NCBI GenBank assembly: GCA_964570075.1
Contig: CAZMWF010000029.1
Span: 3,290 to 35,289 of the forward strand
Source: an uncultured Syntrophaceae bacterium
Lineage (GTDB): Bacteria; Desulfobacterota; BSN033; UBA1163
Reading direction: 5' to 3'
DNA: 32,000 bases
The notes under the pieces were generated by a model. It made no database searches and had not been told where the DNA came from. It saw only the letters and a list, made by a program, of their open reading frames with translations. The position numbers and the translations under genes are program-made. This document shows, one piece after another, positions 8,444 to 19,620 of this stretch (its first letter is position 1; every line of letters begins with the position of its first letter).

Positions 8444-8623
8444 GACATCCTCGAGGAGTTCCCCTCCTACTCCAACCTCCTCCGGAGTGGACTCTCTTAA
8501 ATAGATTACAAAAGCAGATTTCTCTATTCCTGTGAGCCTGCTTGCCGTCTCAGTAAACGCTCTGATCATCTCCTTTCTTTTCTCCTTTTCCAGTTTTGGA
8601 CCATAAAAAAATAGGGTTGGCAT
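8426..8623 (-). CDS. 4-oxalocrotonate tautomerase-family protein
   Basis: Length is 65 aa. It has an N-terminal Met-Pro (catalytic Pro1 type), the expected beta-alpha-beta length, and a strong RBS (GGGAGGAG). Confidence 0.65.
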   Translation of the reverse strand: MPTLFFYGPKLEKEKRKEMIRAFTETASRLTGIEKSAFVIYLRESTPEEVGVGGELLEDVLKRKG

Positions 8624-8646
8624 AACTCCTCCCTTGATTATAACGA

Positions 8647-8688
8647 GACAGGTTACGGTTACCCAAAGGAAGGGAACCGTAACCTGTC
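8647..8688 (-). terminator. Strong hairpin directly after the katG stop (probable terminator)
   Basis: GACAGGTTACGGTT (8647-8660) pairs perfectly with AACCGTAACCTGTC (8675-8688). A further CCC/GGG extension is possible. The trailing T-tract is weak. Confidence 0.5.
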
Positions 8689-8700
8689 CTCATTCCCTAT

Positions 8701-10893
<2,193 letters not shown>

Positions 10894-10965
10894 TTACATT
10901 TTTTCTTATTAATACTTGTAATCAAACCCTTCCCATGCTAAACTTTAATCAGACATCCAACGAAA

Positions 10966-10988
10966 TAATAATTATTACTAATTAGTAA
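10966..10988. promoter_or_regulatory. Two overlapping perfect AT-rich palindromes (Fur/PerR-box-like operator)
   Basis: TAATAATTATTA lies at 10966-10977 and TTACTAATTAGTAA at 10975-10988. They sit in the katG / Fur-family divergent spacer, 10 nt upstream of the regulator ATG. Confidence 0.5.
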
Positions 10989-10997
10989 AATATCAAA

Positions 10998-11441
10998 ATG
11001 AAAAAGTCAATGGGAGAGAGAAATGTGAATGAGTTGGTAAAGAAATGCAAAGCCTCTGGCTTAAAAATTACACCCCAACGGGTGGCTATCTATAAGGAAG
11101 TCTTACATTCCTCGGAGCATCCTTCTGCCGAATCCATTTATAAAGCGGTAAAGGGGACACATCCTAACATCTCGTTTGATACGGTGAATAGGACCCTTCT
11201 CACTTTCGCAGAAATAGGCCTCATCCAAATTGTTGAAGGGTCTGGGGATGTAAGAAGATTTGATCCAAATACCGACCGACACCATCATTTTCGTTGTATG
11301 GAATGTGGCGCCATTATCGACTTTGACCATAAAAAATACGATCATTTAGACATTCCCAAAGAAATACAAGAAAAATTCATTGTAAAAAAGATCGCCGTGG
11401 TCATAGAAGGAATTTGTCATCGGTGCCGGAAGGGTCTGTGA
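10998..11441 (+). CDS. Fur-family metalloregulator (PerR-like by context)
   Basis: The winged-helix segment reads ITPQRVAIYKEVL...HPSAESIY. The metal-binding motifs are DRHHHFRCMECG and CHRC. It is divergent from katG. Confidence 0.85.
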   Translation: MKKSMGERNVNELVKKCKASGLKITPQRVAIYKEVLHSSEHPSAESIYKAVKGTHPNISFDTVNRTLLTFAEIGLIQIVEGSGDVRRFDPNTDRHHHFRCMECGAIIDFDHKKYDHLDIPKEIQEKFIVKKIAVVIEGICHRCRKGL

Positions 11442-11445
11442 TTTT

Positions 11446-12777
11446 TCATAGCGGATTCTCAACGGGCGTTTGGTCCCATTTCTTGAAATATCTTTCGGCT
11501 TTTTTGACGGCCTGCCAGAGGCCAAAATTCATCGGGCCAAAGATGATCAGACTTCGATTGAAATGGAAGGGATGGAAGAGTCGTTTAAACATGGAAGGGA
11601 TGGAATAGAAAGACCGATTCACCTTCCAAAAACCCTCCTGGAGTTCTTCCCGAGTCATTCGTTTGGGCCGAAAGACCACGGTGGCCATATCATACTTCGA
11701 CCAATCCTCGGTAAGAATCCTTCCCTCTTCTTTTAATCGTTTATAAATTCGTGTTCCGGGAAAAGGGGTAAGGACGGGAAGGAAGGCTCCTTCGATCCTG
11801 TTCCGTTCGGCAAACTCCAAAAACTCATCAAAAACGGTTGGGTCATCATAGTCGTAACCAAAAACGAAAGACCCATAGACTCCAATCCCAGATTCGTGAA
11901 GTCTTCGTATGGCTTCTTCATAGTTCTTGATTCGATTCATCCTCTTACCCATAAGGCGAAGATTCTCTTCCCTTAAGCTTTCAAATCCAATAAAAAGGCC
12001 ATGACATCCAGCTTTGGCAAGAAGAGAAAGGATCTCTTCGTTTTCCGAAATATGGATGGGTCCCTGACTCACCCATCGTAATCGATAATGGGAAAGCATG
12101 GTGAGAAGGGCTTTGGCATAGGCGAGATTCCCCACAATATTGTCATCCACAAAGAAGATATAGGCCTTCGAATGCTCCAGGGACTGAATCTCTTTTTCCA
12201 CCTCTTCGATTGGTCTCATCCGATAGGTCTTTCCGTGAAGAGCCGTCACAGAACAGAATTCACAATCATAAGGACACCCTCGTGTGGTTTGAATCAAATT
12301 ATGGAAGAGATAACCTTTCCGGGGCAGAAGATCTCTTCTTGGAATGGGAAGTCGTGCGAGGTTCGTTCTTTCTTCTTGACGATAGAAAGGTTTTAGTTCT
12401 CCTTTTTGAGCATCCCTGAGAATCTGGGGCCAGGTTTCATCAGCCTCTCCAATCGCGACGGCATCGGCATGAGCCTTGGCCTCCTGGGGAAGCCAGGTGG
12501 CATGAATCCCTCCGATCACCACCTTCGCCCCCCTTTCCCTAAATCGATCTCCAATCTCATAAGCCCTTCGGGCCAGAGGAGTGATGGCCGTGATGGCCAC
12601 TAAATCGATTTCCTCCTCGAAATCGATTTCGGAGAGACTTTCATCGATAATTTTTACCTCGTGGGGAGAAGGGGTGAGACTGGCCAGCAAGGAAGTGGAG
12701 AGGAGAGGAAATTTAAAGGCGATCACGTCCCAGAAACTCTCTTTAGGCCATCGTGGAACAATAAGGGCAACTTTCAT
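11446..12777 (-). CDS. B12-binding-domain radical SAM protein (class B)
   Basis: The N-terminal cobalamin-type domain reads DLVAITAIT...GAKVVIGGIHAT. The radical SAM motif is TTRGCPYDCEFCSV. Its start overlaps the upstream stop (ATGA). Confidence 0.85.
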   Translation of the reverse strand: MKVALIVPRWPKESFWDVIAFKFPLLSTSLLASLTPSPHEVKIIDESLSEIDFEEEIDLVAITAITPLARRAYEIGDRFRERGAKVVIGGIHATWLPQEAKAHADAVAIGEADETWPQILRDAQKGELKPFYRQEERTNLARLPIPRRDLLPRKGYLFHNLIQTTRGCPYDCEFCSVTALHGKTYRMRPIEEVEKEIQSLEHSKAYIFFVDDNIVGNLAYAKALLTMLSHYRLRWVSQGPIHISENEEILSLLAKAGCHGLFIGFESLREENLRLMGKRMNRIKNYEEAIRRLHESGIGVYGSFVFGYDYDDPTVFDEFLEFAERNRIEGAFLPVLTPFPGTRIYKRLKEEGRILTEDWSKYDMATVVFRPKRMTREELQEGFWKVNRSFYSIPSMFKRLFHPFHFNRSLIIFGPMNFGLWQAVKKAERYFKKWDQTPVENPL

Positions 12778-13382
12778 CTCCTCTTTCCTTTGATCAATCT
12801 CTCAATGGAACGAACCTCCACTCCTTCTGGGATGACCCATTGGAAGGCGTTTTCTGAAAGCAAAGGGTTCAGAACGACCTCTTTTAACCTCAGCTCTATA
12901 CGGGTCTCCTTCTCAGGCCATTCAATCCAGATTCGATCAGGAATCTCTCCATGCCCGGCCTTCTCGGAGGAGACCCGAATCTCTCCTGCCTTCTGAAGGA
13001 AATCCTCCAATCTTGAAATCTCTCCTCTATAGGCCTTTCTTTGTGAAGGAATCAGAAGGAAGAACTCTCCCTCTCGATAGAGGGCATCAAAAAGCCCCAT
13101 TCCTAAAAGATGATAACCAAGGAGCCGGAGTTTATCGGGTTTTTGATAGAGGAGGAAACCGTTGAGAATCCAATTCATCTCCTCTCCATCCCGGATAGTA
13201 TTAATTCGAATGGAAGTCCTTGCCTGTAGCGTTTCGACGGAAGAAAAGTGCTCTAAGAATTGATAAAGGGGGTTTACAAAAGGAGGCTTCTCCGGAATCC
13301 TCTCCACTTTTTTTGGACATCCCCAGAGGAGAAGAGAAGCGATGAAAAGCCAGAAGACAGAAAAATAGATTTTAGGGCCCAT
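12774..13382 (-). CDS. Lipoprotein, LolB/DUF4292-like fold candidate
   Basis: A signal peptide ends in the lipobox-like LLLWGC. The body pattern (QARTSIRI...LLYQKPDKLRLLGY...GEFFLLIP) resembles LolA/LolB-fold proteins. Confidence 0.6.
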   Translation of the reverse strand: MGPKIYFSVFWLFIASLLLWGCPKKVERIPEKPPFVNPLYQFLEHFSSVETLQARTSIRINTIRDGEEMNWILNGFLLYQKPDKLRLLGYHLLGMGLFDALYREGEFFLLIPSQRKAYRGEISRLEDFLQKAGEIRVSSEKAGHGEIPDRIWIEWPEKETRIELRLKEVVLNPLLSENAFQWVIPEGVEVRSIERLIKGKRR

Positions 13383-13383
13383 C

Positions 13384-14874
13384 TCAAAATTCTCCTCTCT
13401 CGAATTTTTCTAAAATCCTATTCGCAGTGAACTCCCCGGAGGCAACGACCCCCGCAATCCCTCCTCCTGGAGAGGTCCAGTGCCCAGAAAGAAAGAGATT
13501 CTCAAAGGGAGTGTTTCTCGATAGCCGATAGATCCCGGATTGATTGGGGATCAACGCCCATCCATAAGCGGCTCCCCATCGATTTCGAGTCCATTGCTCA
13601 ATGGTTTTAGGAGTCGTCTCTGCCTGGGTAAGAATTCTCTTCTTTAGATCAGGAATAAGTAAGGAGGCCTTTGTGATAAGATACTGAGAGAGCCGCTCCT
13701 GGAGTCCTTGATCCCAATTGGAATCAAGATGATAAGGAACTTTGAGGCTAAGGCAAAGCGTGCTTTTTCCTTTTGGTGAGTGGGATGGATTGACTTTCGA
13801 AGGGGCAAGAAGATAGTAAGAGGGATTTTCAGAAATCCGATTTTGATAGAGAAACTGATAGTCCCTTGAAAGTTGAGAATCGAAAAAGATCTCGTTATTC
13901 GATACAGGCAACTCCTCTAACTCTCCGTCTATTCCCAAATAAAGAATAAAATAAGAAAAAGAAGGCCTCATCCCTTTCAGTTTTGAAAGAAAACCGCTTG
14001 GAAGCCGATCCTCACCAACAAGGTGAAGGAAGGTATGAGAGGCATCGATGTTTGAAACAATCGCTCTTGCAGAAATTTCCTCCCCACCTTTGCATCTTAT
14101 CCCGATGGCCTTCCTATCCGAGAAAAGAATTCGATCGACCTCCTGTTCTTTAAGAATCTTTCCTCCATTCTGAAGGAAGGCCTTTTCTAATAGGAGAGGG
14201 AACCTCTCCACCTTTCCCTCGATACAGGAGACTCCGTAACGAAAATAAGACATCTCTATACCCGCCATTCCTATCACCGAGATCTCCTCTGGTGGGAGGA
14301 GACCATAAGAGGTGCGAACCGAGAGCAGGGTCTTGAGGAAGGGATGGGAAATATTTTCATCCAACAAATCCTGATAGGTTTTCCACTTATATTTCGAGAG
14401 GGTGGGAAAACGAAGAGAAAAGGATGAAGGGTCGAACCAGTCCACGGAAGAAGGAATCTCAGAAAACTCCCTGTAAATCTCATCCAAAGTTCGATAAACG
14501 GCTTCAATCCCCTTTCTCTCATCGGGAAATAGTCTGGAGAGGTTCTCGATATGACTCTCGAGGTTGGAAGATTGAAGGACCCTCTGTTCGGGAAAATAAT
14601 ACTCCCTTGCCGGCTCAAGCGGGATGAATTGAATCTGATCTAAAAGATCCAATCTCTCCAAGAGTTTCCAGACCCTTCCTCCTCTCTGGCATTCCCCCAA
14701 AGATTGAACGGAAAGATCGAAGGAAAAACCCTCCTTTTCAAAAGAGGAACAACATCCTCCAACTTTTTTATTTTTTTCCACCATTAAAATTTTTAGTCCC
14801 TTCTGACTGAGGAGAGAACCACAAGTAAGTCCACCCACTCCAGCGCCAATAATAATGACATCGAACTCACTCAT
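13384..14874 (-). CDS. Phytoene-desaturase-family (CrtI-like) FAD-dependent oxidoreductase
   Basis: The N-terminus is FDVIIIGAGVGGLTCGSLLSQKGLKILMVEKNKKVGG. The C-terminus is HWTSPGGGIAGVVASG. Length is 496 aa. Confidence 0.85.
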   Translation of the reverse strand: MSEFDVIIIGAGVGGLTCGSLLSQKGLKILMVEKNKKVGGCCSSFEKEGFSFDLSVQSLGECQRGGRVWKLLERLDLLDQIQFIPLEPAREYYFPEQRVLQSSNLESHIENLSRLFPDERKGIEAVYRTLDEIYREFSEIPSSVDWFDPSSFSLRFPTLSKYKWKTYQDLLDENISHPFLKTLLSVRTSYGLLPPEEISVIGMAGIEMSYFRYGVSCIEGKVERFPLLLEKAFLQNGGKILKEQEVDRILFSDRKAIGIRCKGGEEISARAIVSNIDASHTFLHLVGEDRLPSGFLSKLKGMRPSFSYFILYLGIDGELEELPVSNNEIFFDSQLSRDYQFLYQNRISENPSYYLLAPSKVNPSHSPKGKSTLCLSLKVPYHLDSNWDQGLQERLSQYLITKASLLIPDLKKRILTQAETTPKTIEQWTRNRWGAAYGWALIPNQSGIYRLSRNTPFENLFLSGHWTSPGGGIAGVVASGEFTANRILEKFERGEF

Positions 14875-14932
14875 CCGAAAATGAATATAACACCCCTCTC
14901 TTTTTGAGTCGACTAAAAATCCATTTCAGAGA

Positions 14933-14966
14933 TAATCCCTCACTCAGATGGGTAATAAACCCGAGA
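14933..14966 (+). repeat. Intergenic repeat, copy A
   Basis: The sequence is TAATCCCTCACTCAGATGGGTAATAAACCCGAGA. It shares the TAATCC...GGGnAATAA..CCCGAGA core with the copies at 20868, 21130 (reverse) and 23104. Confidence 0.7.
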
Positions 14967-14971
14967 TTCAA

Positions 14972-16219
14972 TTAGAGAACCTCACTCTGAGACCACGATT
15001 TAAACCAGAGAGAGAGGTTCGAACCTCCGTTTGAACATCCGTTGAGCAAGGCAGATCGAATCTCCCTCTTCTGCGGTTTTTCCAAGATGACGTTTAATCC
15101 GCATAGCGGGTCAAGATCCACGGTCCCGACAGTCGGAGGAATGATTTGGTGAAAAAGGGTTAAGGCCAGGGCACAGGCCCTTAGTCCTCCAGCGCCATCA
15201 AATTCTCCGATCATCGATTTAAGGCTACTGATGGAGATCCCTTTTATTCTCTCCCCAAACACATTCTGGATCGCAAGGCTTTCGGCACGGTCAAGCTCAG
15301 GGGTGGAGTTGGCTGCTGCAGAGATATAATCCACCAGTTCAAGATCATTCGTTGCCAGGAACATCGCTCTGGCTATTGCCTCTCCTTTAAGATCATATCG
15401 AAGAACTCCATCTGTACTGCCTGAACCACCTACTCCACAAATTTCTCCGTAAATCCTTGCCCCCCTCTGCTTCGCATGATCCAATCTTTCAAGGACAAGG
15501 ATTCCCCCACCTTCCCCCAGGACTATCCCATTTCTCTTTCGGTCGAAGGGTCTCATCCCTTCCTCCCCTTCTCCCCTCCCAGGGGAAAGGACCCCCAATC
15601 TGGAGTAAACGTGATAAAGGGGTTCGCTCAATTCATCCCCTCCCCCTGCGAACATAATATCAACCCTTCCCTTTTTGAGCTGTTGATAGGCGAAGGCTAT
15701 AGCCATCTCCGAAGAGACCTCTTTATGAGAGAAGGTAAGGTTGACCCCTCTGATCCCAAATTCGATGGCACAATGACTGGTGATAGCATTGGGAACGGCA
15801 GTCTGAAATAGAAGGGGCTGAGCTCCTGTTGGTCCTTCCTTGAGCAGGGATCGAAAGAATAGATCGACCGTATTCGAACTTCCGAGCCCTGTACCGATAG
15901 CAATCCCTATCCGATTTGGATCTTCTCTGGACAGATCCATTCCCGAATCCTCAAGGGCCAACTTCACGGCTGAAACCATGATCTTTCCAATTCGGTCCAT
16001 CCTTCTGAGATTGGAGGGTCTGATCCACTGCTTAAAATCAATCTCTGGAAGTTCAGCCCCTAATTGAGAGCGGTAGGGGCTTGTCTCAAATCGTTGAATG
16101 GGTTTAATCCCAGAAATCCCCGAGAGACAATTCCTCCAGAACTCTTCTCGACCAATTCCGACAGAAGAGACGATCCCTAAACCGGTAATGAGGACACGTT
16201 CATCCTCTTTACCTATCAT
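14972..16219 (-). CDS. Ketosynthase-fold protein lacking the catalytic triad (chain-length-factor-like partner)
   Basis: It aligns by eye to the adjacent KS. TVCSSS becomes HKEVSS (Cys to Glu). INAHGTAT becomes ISAAANST (His to Ala). MIGHCLG becomes MIGEFDG (His to Glu). Its start overlaps the KS stop (ATGA). Confidence 0.85.
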   Translation of the reverse strand: MIGKEDERVLITGLGIVSSVGIGREEFWRNCLSGISGIKPIQRFETSPYRSQLGAELPEIDFKQWIRPSNLRRMDRIGKIMVSAVKLALEDSGMDLSREDPNRIGIAIGTGLGSSNTVDLFFRSLLKEGPTGAQPLLFQTAVPNAITSHCAIEFGIRGVNLTFSHKEVSSEMAIAFAYQQLKKGRVDIMFAGGGDELSEPLYHVYSRLGVLSPGRGEGEEGMRPFDRKRNGIVLGEGGGILVLERLDHAKQRGARIYGEICGVGGSGSTDGVLRYDLKGEAIARAMFLATNDLELVDYISAAANSTPELDRAESLAIQNVFGERIKGISISSLKSMIGEFDGAGGLRACALALTLFHQIIPPTVGTVDLDPLCGLNVILEKPQKREIRSALLNGCSNGGSNLSLWFKSWSQSEVL

Positions 16220-17454
16220 CTGAAACTCCTCTTCCCATTCGAAATATATTTCCCAAATACCAGGCAGGCATTGTTCCCCCCAAAGGCAAAGGAGTTTGAG
16301 AGGGCGATCCGGACCTCCCTTTTAATGGATTGATTCGGCACATAGTTCAAATCGCAAAGAGGATCGGGTACCTCATAATGAATCGTAGGAGGAATGACTC
16401 CCTTCTCTATGGTCAACACCGTCGCCACGGCTTCAATTCCTCCAGCAGACCCTAAACAATGACCTATCATGGATTTGATCCCGCTGATGGGAATCTCCTT
16501 TGCCCTCTCTCCAAATACTCTCTTAATTCCTCGGGTCTCCGAGATGTCATTGAAAGGGGTGGCCGTGCCATGAGCATTGATCGTATCCACTTCTTCTGGA
16601 GAGAGACCCGCATGGGCTAAGGCCGATCGGATCACTCGCTCTACCCCTTCCCCATTGGGTTCTGGAGCAGTCAGGTGATACGCATCGGCACAGATTCCAT
16701 AGCCCAGCAGTTCTGCTCGAATTGGTGCTCCTCTTCTTAACGCATGCCCCAATTCTTCGAGGATCAAGATCCCTGCCCCTTCTCCGAGGATAAGCCCTTT
16801 TCTCCTTTTATCAAAAGGCTTACAGCTTTCAGGGTCGATCAATTTTAAACTATTGAATCCACTGAAGGAGACCTCACAGAGGGAATCGCTTCCCCCAGTC
16901 ACCATCACCTCTGCCAAACCCATCTGAATCATCTCGTAGGCCACTCCGATGGAGACGGAGCTCGAGGAACAGACGGTTGCGGTCGTATTTCTGGGCCCTT
17001 TTAACCCTGCCTCGATCGCAATCAGATCGGTAGTGGTCGCGAGAGAATAAGAGACAAGAAGGGAGGGGGAAGCCCTTTTTCGCCCCGAATAGAGATCTCT
17101 AAAATACCTCTCCATAGAGAGGATTCCTCCCGACCCTGCCCCGAGGAGCACACCCACCCTCTCTTTCTCTACAGGATCTCTATCCAGTCGACCATCCTTC
17201 CATGCCTCTCGGAAGGCAATCAATCCAAATTGATCGCATCGGGAAAGTCGTCGAAGTTCCCTCTTTGAAAAATGAGAGCCCAGATCTAAACCGGAAATCT
17301 CGGCAGCCCTTTTATTAGAGTAAGGAGAGGCATCAAAAACTGTAATCTCTTTTGTCCCATCCTTTCCCGAGATGAGAGATTCCCAGAACTGATAGACATG
17401 AGTTCCAATCGCACTGACCACTCCCAGACCTGTCACCACAACCCGTCTTCTCAT
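16216..17454 (-). CDS. Beta-ketoacyl synthase (FabF/KS-alpha-like) with an intact Cys-His-His triad
   Basis: Motifs ATVCSSSS, DAYHLTAP, NAHGTATPFND and KSMIGHCLGSAGG are all present. Confidence 0.9.
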   Translation of the reverse strand: MRRRVVVTGLGVVSAIGTHVYQFWESLISGKDGTKEITVFDASPYSNKRAAEISGLDLGSHFSKRELRRLSRCDQFGLIAFREAWKDGRLDRDPVEKERVGVLLGAGSGGILSMERYFRDLYSGRKRASPSLLVSYSLATTTDLIAIEAGLKGPRNTTATVCSSSSVSIGVAYEMIQMGLAEVMVTGGSDSLCEVSFSGFNSLKLIDPESCKPFDKRRKGLILGEGAGILILEELGHALRRGAPIRAELLGYGICADAYHLTAPEPNGEGVERVIRSALAHAGLSPEEVDTINAHGTATPFNDISETRGIKRVFGERAKEIPISGIKSMIGHCLGSAGGIEAVATVLTIEKGVIPPTIHYEVPDPLCDLNYVPNQSIKREVRIALSNSFAFGGNNACLVFGKYISNGKRSFR

Positions 17455-18095
17455 TGGACCTCTTTAATCTTTAAATCCTGTGGAAGGGAGACCTGGAAAT
17501 CAGACTCGGTGAGTCCTGAATTGACTCGAATGTTGGAAAAACGAAGGGTCGTGGTATCTCCGTTTCGTTCAACCAATTCCATCCCAATAATCATTCCTTC
17601 TTTTTTCGAAATCCAGAGCTTCGTCTTCACCAAAAGGGCTCCCTTCTCTTTGGGGAGAATCTCTATGACCGAGTAAGATCCATGATCTTCAATGATTTTC
17701 CACTGAGCCAACCTCTCATCAAAAGGATCTTTCGAGAAGAAGAGATATCTCTCTACCAGAGGATGGCCCTCGAGAGAGTATCGTTCTGCTGTCTTCTCTT
17801 CTTTGAAATAGATCAACAGGGTTTTCCCCTGAAGGAGCATCGTGATTCCTTCTGGAGAGAAGAATTCGATGAGGAGTCGGTCAGGTTTTTTGAACCGAAT
17901 CTTTCCTTTGGCAACGAGCTTTTCCCTGAGTAATGAGATCCTCTTCTCCTGGAGGAGATCCGCAGAGAAATCCTTCACTCTTTCCTGGGCCTCCCTTAAT
18001 CGTTGAATCACGACCCTTTCCTGAATCGAAAAGGTATCCCAGGGAAGGATAAGGATGGAAAAAAGAATAAGAAAAGAAAGAATGACAAACCTCAT
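17451..18095 (-). CDS. LolA-like periplasmic lipoprotein/lipid carrier family protein
   Basis: It has a signal peptide without a Cys. The LolA-type pattern reads FSADLLQEKRISLLREKLVAKGKIRFKKPDRLLIEF...GKTLLIY. It has 4-nt overlaps with both neighbouring genes. Confidence 0.75.
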   Translation of the reverse strand: MRFVILSFLILFSILILPWDTFSIQERVVIQRLREAQERVKDFSADLLQEKRISLLREKLVAKGKIRFKKPDRLLIEFFSPEGITMLLQGKTLLIYFKEEKTAERYSLEGHPLVERYLFFSKDPFDERLAQWKIIEDHGSYSVIEILPKEKGALLVKTKLWISKKEGMIIGMELVERNGDTTTLRFSNIRVNSGLTESDFQVSLPQDLKIKEVQ

Positions 18096-18952
18096 GGTCT
18101 CTCTCCTTTGAATGCCAGAAGGGTTTTACTCACTCCTGGAAGAAGGAAGTGTCTTCCGCTGAGGTAGAATACTCCTTCAGAGAGAGAACCAAAAAAAATA
18201 GAGGCCAATCGTTTCCCCAACGGTTTTGGGAGGGTGTAGCCCCCGATAAGATGCTGAACTCCGTGAAACCCAACTTTCTCGAGGGCCCCCTGGAGCAGTT
18301 TAGGGGAAAAATCCGAAAGATGGGAAGGCAGATCATAGAGTCTGTTTTCAATCCCGAAGAATCGAAGAAGGGTCTTGATAGGAGTCGTATGAGGATATCT
18401 CAAAAACAAGAGTCCATCCGGTTTGAGAAGCGTGTAACATTTCCTTAGAAACTTCATGGGCTCTGGGAGGTGTTCAATGACATAAAAGCCACTGATCACA
18501 TCAAATTCTTCTTCCCCGAGGGAAAGCGTTTCAAAAGGACCGGAATAGATGGTTAACCCCAATACCTCTCTGGCATAGGTGACGGCCTTCTCGGAAATCT
18601 CTACCCCAAAGACCTCCCATCCCCTTTGTCTCATCTCTTCGAGGAAGAAGCCAAAACCCGTTCCTACATCCAGCAATCTCCCTCTTTCTCTATATTTCAG
18701 GATGAGTTGGGCGGCTCGGGTAAATACGGGTTTCATCATTTTTCGCCAGGCCTCTCTCTCTTCCTCCCCCTCAGGGAAATAACGCTGGTAATGATCATAG
18801 AGGAAATCCATAATGGGTCTTGGATTGGCAAAGATAAATTTACAGTTCGAGCATCTTACCATCTGATAAGGATCTTCTCGATAGAGAGGCGAGTTTCTTC
18901 GTTCCCCACAGAGAGGGCAATTAATAACCACCATTTCGACTTTTATATCCAT
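18092..18952 (-). CDS. Class I SAM-dependent methyltransferase with an N-terminal Zn-ribbon
   Basis: The Zn-ribbon is CPLCGE...CSNCKF. The SAM motif is LLDVGTGFGFFLEEM. The longest ORF begins with TTG at 18982; I prefer ATG 18952, and ATG 18934 is also possible. Confidence 0.8.
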   Translation of the reverse strand: MDIKVEMVVINCPLCGERRNSPLYREDPYQMVRCSNCKFIFANPRPIMDFLYDHYQRYFPEGEEEREAWRKMMKPVFTRAAQLILKYRERGRLLDVGTGFGFFLEEMRQRGWEVFGVEISEKAVTYAREVLGLTIYSGPFETLSLGEEEFDVISGFYVIEHLPEPMKFLRKCYTLLKPDGLLFLRYPHTTPIKTLLRFFGIENRLYDLPSHLSDFSPKLLQGALEKVGFHGVQHLIGGYTLPKPLGKRLASIFFGSLSEGVFYLSGRHFLLPGVSKTLLAFKGERP

Positions 18953-19619
18953 ATTCCCTCTTCGACTCGATCCACATCTCAATGGTCCGGGTGGAGAGAG
19001 ACCATCCTTTTAATCGGGATGCCTCTAAGAATCTTCTGGACTCTTCTATGGTATAAGAAGAATAAACCGATTCCAGAAACCCATTTTTTGCCTTCGGATG
19101 CTTGACGAAGAGTTTCCAAAAAAAATTAAGAATTCCGATCAGCCGAGGGGAGGTATCTCTATGGAAGTCCACGATCACAAATACTCCCTCCTCCTTCAGG
19201 GTTCTGGCCACTTCGTTGAAAAAGACAACGGGATCGTCCAGATGATGAAGGGTATTGATACAGAGAAGGAGATCAAGGGATTGATCCTCACAGGGTAAGG
19301 CATAAGCAGAGCCAATCTCAAACCGAATCTTTCCAGCCAGTCCTTCCTCCCGGGCATTCTTCTGGGCCATCTCTATCATGGTAGGAGAGAGATCGATCCC
19401 CTTAAATTCAAGATCCGGAAGGGCTCGAGAGAGAAAGATCGGAAAGATTCCCGGTCCTGTCCCTACATCTAAGGCTTTTCCTCGACGAATCCCTTGCGCC
19501 TTGATCCTTTGAAGAACCCTTTGGCAAGGAATCTTCATATACTTCTTTGCCATGAGCGAATAGTACTCTGCCAGCTCCCGATCATCGATGATTCCTGGTT
19601 CTGCCACCCTGGACTTCAT
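18921..19619 (-). CDS. Class I SAM-dependent methyltransferase (UbiE/Methyltransf_11-like)
   Basis: Motifs ALDVGTGPGIFPIFL and LDLLLCINTLHHLDDP are present. ATG 19617-19619 lies 1 nt after the thiolase stop and has GAGG upstream. The longer GTG-initiated ORF (to 19697) would overlap the thiolase by 77 nt. Confidence 0.8.
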   Translation of the reverse strand: MKSRVAEPGIIDDRELAEYYSLMAKKYMKIPCQRVLQRIKAQGIRRGKALDVGTGPGIFPIFLSRALPDLEFKGIDLSPTMIEMAQKNAREEGLAGKIRFEIGSAYALPCEDQSLDLLLCINTLHHLDDPVVFFNEVARTLKEEGVFVIVDFHRDTSPRLIGILNFFWKLFVKHPKAKNGFLESVYSSYTIEESRRFLEASRLKGWSLSTRTIEMWIESKREYGYKSRNGGY

Positions 19620-19620
19620 C

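Noticed and set aside
8637-8642. A minus-strand TATAAT hexamer as the -10 box of the tautomerase gene
   Set aside because: It lies only about 14 nt upstream of the ATG. Transcription would begin inside or after the GGGAGGAG ribosome-binding site, so this is probably a chance hexamer in the terminator-to-RBS spacer.
17451-18095. Interpreting the LolA-like gene as the housekeeping lolA
   Set aside because: This was not fully rejected. It seemed less likely because the gene shares 4-nt overlaps with a methyltransferase and a ketosynthase, and no lolCDE genes are nearby. The whole genome is needed to settle it.
18921-18982. A 62-nt overlap between the two methyltransferase ORFs, considered as a sign of frameshift or gene fusion
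   Set aside because: The long form of the downstream ORF starts at a TTG. In-frame ATGs at 18952 and 18934 precede the conserved Zn-ribbon, and the two proteins are in different frames with complete, independent SAM-binding domains.
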